A stretch of DNA of 56,367 nucleotides, filler included, from Sphacelaria rigidula (lineage: Eukaryota): the NCBI GenBank assembly GCA_964200075.2. It is 5 parts of 5 records of this genome, joined end to end, with 100 filler letters (N's around TTAATTAATTAA, not from the genome) between each part and the next. Parts side by side here need not be neighbours in the genome. Positions count along the whole stretch, not along the records: positions 45,176 to 56,367 come from CAXNAA020005264.1; 4 more parts are not named here. One strand, given 5' to 3'. Below are positions 48,601 to 56,367 of the stretch, in pieces. Within the stretch, counting starts at the first letter, position 1. Each line of letters opens with the position of its first letter. The notes under the pieces are model-generated. The model worked only from the letters and a program-made list of their open reading frames with translations. It made no database searches and was not told the origin of the DNA. Position numbers and translations under genes: made by a program.

Positions 48601-51600
48601 GGAAGCGAGATCGCGGGCGCCACCAAAATCAAGGCCAACAGCATCCGCAACATCGACGATCACTAGGGGCGCTGCCGCCGGGGGAAAGGAAGCGTGGGAG
48701 AGAGCGCGTGGAAGCGTCGAAGGAGTTCGCGGGTAGGAGAAGGCAGAGGGGGCAGCTGCCGGCGGCGGCCGCTCGTGCGGAGTTTCTAGAGATGGTTCGG
48801 GGGAGCCAGGTAGTGCTTGTTTCCGGAGAGACCGGCTGCGGTAAGACGACGCAGATCCCGCAGTTCTTGCTGGAGGAATGGGAAGAAGGAGTGGGACCCG
48901 ACGAGTTCAGGGTCTTGGTCACGCAGCCGAGGAGGATCGCGGCGGTCGGGGTAGCGCAGCGCGTGGCAGACGAGCGGTGCGAGAGGGTTGGAGCGGGCGT
49001 CGGGTATCAGATTCGAGGGGAGAGCAAAGTCGGTGCAGACACACGGTTGCTGTTTTGCACGACGGGGCTGTTGCTGCGGCGCATGCAGGGAGACCCCCTG
49101 CTGGATGAGCTGACCCACTTGATCGTGGACGAGGTACACGAGCGGCACCTCGACGCCGACTTTTTACTGGCGTTGCTTATCGGTATACTTCCCAAGCGGT
49201 GAGTTTCAGCGTTCATGTATCAGCTGGGAATTCGTTACGGTTTGGATTGGTTCAGCTATCTCTTGTATTGTGTTGTCTTCATGTATTTTTCAAATGTACT
49301 GCTCACTGAGTGAAGTATATTCCCGACATAGACACCTGATGTTTGTTCACACACACACACACACACACACACATTCACACACACTTTCAAACGTTGATGT
49401 CGGTTGGTAACGACGCTTTAAAACATGTCACTTTCTGCGTAAGCTACGCAACCAGGTTGCCGTTTCTTTTTCTCGCTTGCATTTTTTTGTGGTAACCAAA
49501 ATGGTGTTCGAGCTAGATCATGTTGTGCGGGGTGGAGAACCTGAACTCCCTGCAAAGGGGATGATCATACTACGTGGTGTTAAAATGGTGAGGCACCAAT
49601 AATGCAGTGTATAAGCCGTGGCTGTCTCTGGAAGTGGCGTTATCAGAAAATGAAGCAATCCATTTTAGGCTGTCATCGATATGCAAGAATATCAGTACGC
49701 TTCGAGCCGAACAATCGTAGGATGCAACTCACCCTTCATGCGACTCGCCGAACAAGTCACGGCGCTTCGCGTGTGGTGACTCTGAGCCTGGTCCGGCAAA
49801 AACACGGCGTGCTCCGTCCCGACTTTGTAGGGTTGGGAGGTCAGTGGTGTTATGACTACGGCATGCAAGATCATGAGTACCCCCACCCATCCTGTCCTCC
49901 TCATTTCACCCCCTCCGCCTCTCCCTCTTATCTTCTGCATGCTTCTTTGTCCATATGTTCCTCCGGCGGCAATATGTGTGAACACATACATCTCTCGCAC
50001 ACGTCGTGCGCGCAAAGACCAAAACTCAAGGTAATTCTTATGAGTGCAACCCTAGACACAGCACGATTCGCGGCGTATTTTTCGGGACTCCCCGGCCTGG
50101 GGGGTAAGGACGGGCAGACGCCCATCCTGCATATTCCGGGACGAACGTTCCCCGTGAGGGATTTGTATCTGGAGGACGCTCTATCCTTTACCGGTCACCG
50201 CCCGCGCTTGAAGAGAAGGGTGAAGAAGAAGAAGAAGAAGACGAAGGGAGAAAGTGGTGCAGGTGAAGTTGTAGGAGACGTCCAACGCGAGGTACTAATG
50301 CATATATATTTGTGTGTTCACTACGCTGTGCGCTGTTGTAATGGAGGTTCGGCGTGAGGACAAGTTCATGGAAGTAGAGCCGTGCGTTCACTGTGCTGTG
50401 AGCTACGCTATGCGCTGCGCTCATCAAGTAGTCTGTGCATTGTGCTACGTGTGTACGCTAAGAAGTACTCCATGTTTTGTTTTGTGTTGCGTTTCCTATG
50501 ATGCCCTTGTTCACATACTTCCAGGTACTTTTTTGTGTCGTATGTGGTGACTCCCTTCCCTGTGTGTGTTTGTGTGTGTTTTGTTTGTGGTTGTTATTTG
50601 ATAGAGCAACCGAAGACAGTACGCGGAGAGGACGAAGGTGTCGGCGGGTCGCTTCGCTGCATCTAGTGTTAATATATGCGACGGTCAAAACCCTTTTGTT
50701 CTGCTTTTCATTACGAAGCTACAACGCATCGTAAGATTGGCCTCCCGATTCTATTTTATTTTTGCTCTGGTGTGTGTTTTTTTTTGTTATTCTTTGTGTA
50801 TTTTGTTCTTAGTTTTGCTTCAATTTCTGTATCCCAACTTCACTATTTATGCACATGAAAACGGCAGGCGACCAAGAAGGCGACGGTGACGATGGAGGTA
50901 ATGACGACGACGTCGATGATACGGATGACGACGACGACGACGAAGACCTGGACCACGAAGAACTGGCTCAGCGGGAAAGGGAAGACGCCGCGGCCGAGGC
51001 GCACACAGGGGTCAACATGGAAATGGTCGACGAGGACCACCTGGACTACCAACTCATCGTGTCGCTCATATTATTCGCGGTCAGCCCTGAGGGCGAGGAG
51101 CATCTTGGCCTGCGCCCGGGGCAACGAGATGGTGACGCCGGCAACATCGTCAAGGACGCTGGCGTGTCGGGGGGCGGAGGAGGAGGAGGAAGATCCGGGG
51201 GCAGCAGCGGCGGATCCGTGCTCGTGTTCATGCCGGGGACCGGAGAGATAGACAGGCTCTGCAGAGAACTGGAGCACTCGACGGAGGGGGGGCAAGGGCT
51301 GTGGGTGCTGCCGCTGCACGGGTCACTTCCGCCGGCGAAGCAGCGGGCCGTATTCGACCCGGCACCCCGCGGACAGCGTAAGGTAGTTGTGAGCACCAAC
51401 ATCGCTGAGACGAGCATCACGATTCCCGACGTGACAGTGGTGGTGGACAGCTGTCGCGTGAAGGAGATGGGGTACGACGTCGCCCGACAGATGCCCCGCC
51501 TGCAGCAGGCCTGGGCCAGCCAGGATTCGCTGACGCAGAGGAAGGGAAGGGCCGGGCGCGTTCGCGAGGGAGTGTCGTTCAAGCTCATCCGCAGGAGGAC

Positions 51601-54600
51601 GTTTGCGAAGCTGCCCGCCCACGGCACGCCCGAGATTCGGCGTGTACCACTGGACCCCCTTGTTCTCCAGGTGAAGGCGCTGGGCGTGAAAGATCACCCG
51701 TCGGTGGTGCTCCGCAGGGCGCTCGATCCTCCGCACCCCAAGACCGTGCAGGATGCCGTGGATACCCTTACGGAGCTCAAGGCGCTCGATGAGAAAGCGG
51801 TGAGTTTTTTCCTTCTTTCAGGGTGGGGAAGGGAGGGAAGGAAGGGCCTGGTTGGCATACGTGTGTGTGTGTGTGCGCGTGCGGAGTAGAGTGCGTTGTG
51901 GTGGATGATTGTGCTCTTGGAGACCCTGTGTGATGGTGCTGTAGTTCTGGTGGTTCATTGTGGTGGTGAAGGCGAGGGGCGGGGGGAGGGGGTAGGGAGC
52001 TCATATGCAGGAAGTATTCTCCCGATGGTTTGCGTGGTTGACGGCGAACATGATGACATTTGTATCGATGCAAAAGAAATGAAGCCCAAACGAAGATGAA
52101 ATCGTGTTCGAGAACAAACATTGAGTTGACGATTGCGGCAGACATGTGCTCTGGGGCATTCAACCTGTGGGTGATGACTGAGCAATGATAAACACCATCT
52201 TCTCAACGGAGGAGGAACAGTTAGACAGAGCTGTTTGTGACATTCGACATAGGTGTCGGTTTTGCGAAGCCATTTTCGTGTTTTCGCTTGGCGTTGGATG
52301 GGACTGACTGTCCACGTGATATGGAACATGCCCGGAAACTGCCCGCCGTTACACCATTCGACAGTACGGCGCCGTTGCGCCCATGGCCCCAGGTCACCCG
52401 TTTCTTGGATTCTACTAGAGTTGGCGAACACGTTCAGCCTTTTCGTGTATCAACACGTAGCGAAGCCCTTTTTACTGTGTGCTTTGTTCTTTTCCGGCAG
52501 ACGCTTGCGAGAATTATCCCCTCCTTGACTTGCTCTCCACCCTTCCAACGTCCTCCCCACCTCTCCTTACGAGCCTCTTCAGTACCGTAGCGAAAAGCAT
52601 TGAGGAACAAATGTTTTTGCCGAGGGGTGACCACGACTTTTCGTATTTGCTTTCTATTTCCTTTGTGTGGTCTGCCGTTTGCATAATAGACTTTCGGAAC
52701 ATTTTTGTACGGATACCGCACCATCTTCGCGGCCGGCATTACCTTTGTGAGCGTGTTTTATTATTCAGGCACGTCTAATCAAGGCCGAATTCTTACTCAC
52801 GACCTTCCGGTTCTGCATTTGTGTGCTTCCTCCACAATACATTGTAGGCAATTACTCCTCCTGAAGTGTAGGTAGATGGCCCCTTTCTCCGTCTTTTCCT
52901 CTCACGACCCCTCACAGGCGTAGTCTCATGTGCCTTTGCTGATGTCTCAGATGTATCATACCGAACCGAAGAAAAACGTGCGCACACACACGCAATGAAC
53001 AGGAGCTAACCCCGCTGGGCTGGCATCTGGCGGCGCTTCCATGCCCGGTACAAATGGGCAAGATGCTCATCTACGGCGCGGTTCTGGGGTGCCTTTCCCC
53101 TGTGCTCTCCATCGCCGCCGGTCTCAGCTGCCGCTCTCCCTTCCTGTCGAACCGAGGCCAACGCGGCGGCGCCGTAACTGCCGCCAAGAAGCGCATGGCC
53201 GAGCTCGGCGGTGGCCGCAGCGACCACACCCTGTTGGCCGTAGCTGTGGCGGAGTGGGATGCTGCCGGGGACGGATCTCGAGGTGGAGGGAAGGGGGGAG
53301 GCGGCGGCGGCTACGGCGGTGGGGGGGACATAAGGGCCAAGAAAATTTTTTGCGCGGAGAACGGGTTGAGCTTCGAGCGAATGCGGGAGTTGGGTGAGGT
53401 TCGGAGACAACTCGCCCAGGCGCTCGCTGGTATCGGGTTCATCGCGGATTCGCGTTCCGCATTCGACCCCCGTGCCAGTGTGAATGCCCAGGCTGGTAGC
53501 TGGCGCGCCGTCAAGGCCGCCGTGTGCGCGGGACTGTATCCACGCGTCATGCGCGTCGTGCGTCCCATGGAGCGCTTCGTCGACCTCGTTGGTATTGGCG
53601 CCGTCCCCGTCCGGCAGAAGGCTAAGGAGTTCCAGTTTTTCACGCGCGCCCCCCCGGTTTCGGCGGGGACAGCGGCTGGCGATGATGCTGCGAAGGGCAG
53701 AGACGGGGGAGATGGCGGTGGCGTAGGAGAGGGGGGGGGGGCGCAGGAGGTTCCGGAGGAAGCGGTGGAAACAGGAAAGGATCTAGAGGCGTTTGTGCAC
53801 CCAGCGTCGATCAATTACACGACCAACGACTGGTCGTGCCCATGGCTGGTGTACCACGAGCGGGTACGGACGAGCGCGGTGTTTGTGCGGGATTGTACGG
53901 AGGTGTCGCCGTACGCACTGCTGCTTTCGGGGGGAAGGTGCGTGTGTATGCGTGTGCGTGTGCGTGTGTAAGTTCGTGCTTGTTCACCGTGCGAATTTCT
54001 GTCTTGGTGTTTGTTTTCATGTCGGAAAGCCCGGTCTCTACTGATCTCTCGGTCCCTCACTGTTATGTCATTTCCATGCCCCCTGTTCTACTCGCCTGTC
54101 TCTGTCCGTCTGCCTTTTACATGCTTGCCTGTACCGCTCGGACTTTTGATTTCCTGAGCGTTTCTGTGTGCACTGCGCGCTGCCAAACTTTGCATTAGTT
54201 GGACCTGACGGATGTGTGTGCACCTCGTGATCCGGGTTGACGTTATATTTAGTTTTACTGTAAGATTGACCTAGCAACGTAAACATTGGCGCGTCGTTCC
54301 CCCCCCCCTCCCTTCCCCTCCACCCACACACATACACACACACATACACGTTTTGGTCGTACATGGATTTGTTTTCACACCGTGGCCGGAAATTGCCAGA
54401 ACTGTCGGGTACGGGTAATATCCAGGAGGATACACTGAATATAACTAGATGCGGGAGTGATCTAACTTACACATGGATAACTCGTGGGATGAAATGATAT
54501 TTTCAACCACCCTTGCATTAGAGGACGCCGCGATGTACAGGTGACTACAAAAATGCTGAGCCGCCCCACTAACCCCCCCCTCCCCACATCGGTTTAATCT

Positions 54601-55302
54601 TAGCGACACTCGGTCAACTCGTACAAATATCTCGGAAGCAGCGCACTGCACATCCTTGCTCCGGCCCCAGTAAGATACTCTCAACACTTGAGCTAACCTC
54701 AGTTTCAGAGGTCTGATGACGTGTGGCGGCTTAATTACTTGGATACGGAGTACCCTCTCCGTATCTCGCCCCAATTCGAGCTTGAGTGAAAAGTTGGCAT
54801 GTCGCGTGATTTATTCCCTCCTGTGCCACCATCCCCGGAGGTATCATTATTGGGAGATTGCCATCAGTAGCAGTTTATTGTCTCGTGTATGAATCCCGCG
54901 ATACATGCGCGCGGAAACTCTAGCCTTAGCCTTGACCTTTCCGGTTTGACTTCATGCATTGCTCGCTTTCGATTCCGCCACCTCTTTCCCCTTGCCGGAC
55001 AGGTCACCGTACAGGCTGGGCTAGCACGCATCGCTGTGGATGACTGGATTTGGTTTGAGGCGATTGGTAGGATCGCGGCGCTTGTGAACAAGCTGCGCCA
55101 GAGGCTGGACGCCGTGCTGTTGGATAGGATTCGGGACCCTAAGTTAGACGTGGCGGGCTCTCGGCTGTCGGAAGCTCTAGTGGAAATTGTTGTAGACCGA
55201 TGGCATGGGATAGCTTGTGCTATTGAGGTTTTGAAAGCGAGTGAGATCATTTCACGTATATTTGTAGGTTGTGGTGGTGATAGCATCGCTTCGCGATCTT
55301 GA
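45419..55302 (+). CDS. DEAH/RHA-family RNA helicase, DHX57/DHX29-like (UBA-like, RWD, RecA1/2, HA2, OB fold); 5'-partial, 7 exons
   Basis: Exons 45419-45603, 45998-46721, 47961-49198, 50018-50262, 50868-51799, 53003-53937 and 55003-~55212/55302. Motifs GETGCGKTTQ, TQPRRIAA, DEVHER, SAT, LVFMPG, STNIAETSITIPD, QRKGRAGR, LTPLGWHLAALP and FVHPASIN. Confidence 0.92.
45998..46721 (+). CDS. DEAH helicase exon (LEWLCLHL..ELPEGF; RWD start EEVESLQAIY)
   Basis: ccgcag| and |gtgggt. Confidence 0.88.
47961..49198 (+). CDS. DEAH helicase exon (RWD end, motifs I-II)
   Basis: atgcag| and |gtgagt. Confidence 0.95.
49385..49985 (+). repeat. Repeat B filling most of a helicase intron, preceded by (CA)n
   Basis: Colinear with 3395-3890. 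Confidence 0.8.
50018..50262 (+). CDS. DEAH helicase exon (motif III SAT, PGRTFPV)
   Basis: caaag| and |gtgaag; phases fit neighbours. Confidence 0.88.
50868..51799 (+). CDS. DEAH helicase exon (motifs IV-VI)
   Basis: ggcag| and |gtgagt. Confidence 0.95.
53003..53937 (+). CDS. DEAH helicase exon (HA2 and OB fold)
   Basis: aacag| and |gtgcgt. Confidence 0.93.
55003..55302 (+). CDS. DEAH helicase last exon (IAVDDWIWF...LRQRLDAVL); out of phase with the previous exon as assembled
   Basis: gacag| acceptor and typical C-terminal residues; the end position is uncertain. Confidence 0.7.
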   Translation, partial: VTVQAGLARIAVDDWIWFEAIGRIAALVNKLRQRLDAVLLDRIRDPKLDVAGSRLSEALVEIVVDRWHGIACAIEVLKASEIISRIFVGCGGDSIASRS

Positions 55303-55822
55303 TACGGCAACACGGTGACATAATTCTTCGTCATGGATTGATTGCTGGTAAGAGTCAAGGTGATGGCGGTTGTATTCGAAAGATTGTATCCAGGAGTAAA
55401 CACGGTGAATGTTTCTAGAGAGCAAAGGAGGGTTGTTATACAGTAGTGGCGACCCGCTAGTGGGAAGCTCGTACGTCACGCGAGGCTCAACTGGGCTGAA
55501 GCCCTTGCTACAGTACCTAGCCTCACCCGAACGCACCATCAGGCACGCTTCGCTGAGAGCACCCTCTCTGCACCCCCCCTTGTTGCCCAAGCATGCTGCT
55601 CCCCTGGGATGGGGTTGGGGTGAGGGTCACGGTTCGACAAAAGCAAGTACAGTATATGCAACTACATGCCAAGGACGGAATTTGGCGGCTGGTTCAGGTG
55701 ACATGATACCCGGGAGAAACTCTCTCAAGAAGATCGATCGACGAATGATTGGCACACGTATACGCACCATTCATGCCGCCCGTATGAGCTAAATGGCGTC
55801 TCCCGTGAAACGGGAACGATAG

Positions 55823-56075
55823 CACACATCGGACAGATCATGATCCCGTCTGAAAATAACTTCCTCTCTCAGTGCACTGATCCGGATCATGATCCGGATC
55901 CTTTGGCCCCCCTTTTCCGTGTTTGCTCCCTACAGCGCCGGACGCCGAGTAGCGCAAAGGTCGTGCTTTGGCTTCTCCGACTCCGCGGTCACATATTTTG
56001 TGTGCTTGGACCAACGCGTCTGCGAGTGTTCTTCGACTAGTTATTTCAGACGGATCATGATCTGTCCGACGTGTG
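55823..56075 (+). mobile_element. MITE-B, 253 bp, ~38-bp TIRs, perfect 8-bp TSD
   Basis: cacacatcggacagatcatgatcccgtctgaaaataact / agttatttcagacggatcatgatctgtccgacgtgtg; aacgatag on both sides. Confidence 0.92.
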
Positions 56076-56204
56076 AACGATAGTTACTAGCATCTACAAC
56101 ACATCTCGTGTGGAACGTGTAGTTCCGTGTGTCTGGACGCCGGGTGTCAAGGTGTAAGCATAAGTTAGAATCCAAACAGAGTTTGATGTTTGTAATACAC
56201 AACT

Positions 56205-56275
56205 GCCGGTCGTTGTGGTGGGTCATTGGAAACCCAAAACCTCCTGACGGGTGGAGCGTGAGTTCGACGCTAGAC
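56205..56275 (+). repeat. Diverged SINE head fragment
   Basis: gccggtcgttgtggtgggtcattggaaacccaaaacctcctgacgggtggagcgtgagttcga aligns with the SINE head at 43252. Confidence 0.55.
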
Positions 56276-56367
56276 TGCTGCCGAGATAGCCCCCCCCCAA
56301 AACCGGCCAAAAACGTGCCCGGAGGCGATGATGATAACTGCCGTTAAAGCTGGTTTCGTGCTGCACG

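Overview
Eukaryotic, intron- and repeat-rich DNA, most consistent with a brown alga (Phaeophyceae/stramenopile). This is inferred from GC-rich exons, long introns with A/C-rich acceptors, and dense MITE/SINE content. The window is not one locus: it is five unlinked scaffolds of 11195, 11194, 11193, 11193 and 11192 bp, joined by artificial 100-nt N44-TTAATTAATTAA-N44 linkers. Genes: one exon of a CLASP/TOG-like protein (-); a complete 6-exon alpha-tubulin (-) lacking the acetylatable K40; three exons of a pepsin-family (A1) aspartic protease (-); a decayed pogo-type DDE transposase (+); one S1-S2 exon of a 6TM K+-channel-like protein (-); and seven exons of a DHX57/DHX29-like DEAH helicase (+) with an apparent frameshift before its last exon. 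The most notable observations concern mobile DNA and splicing. A tRNA-derived SINE has inserted exactly at a 5' splice site and duplicated it as its 11-bp TSD. A second repeat ends at or near 3' splice sites in two genes. A clan of MITEs shares CA-N6-GGAC termini and 8-bp TSDs of the unusual nAnnnnTn type, and one member is a 170-bp full-length intronic hairpin.
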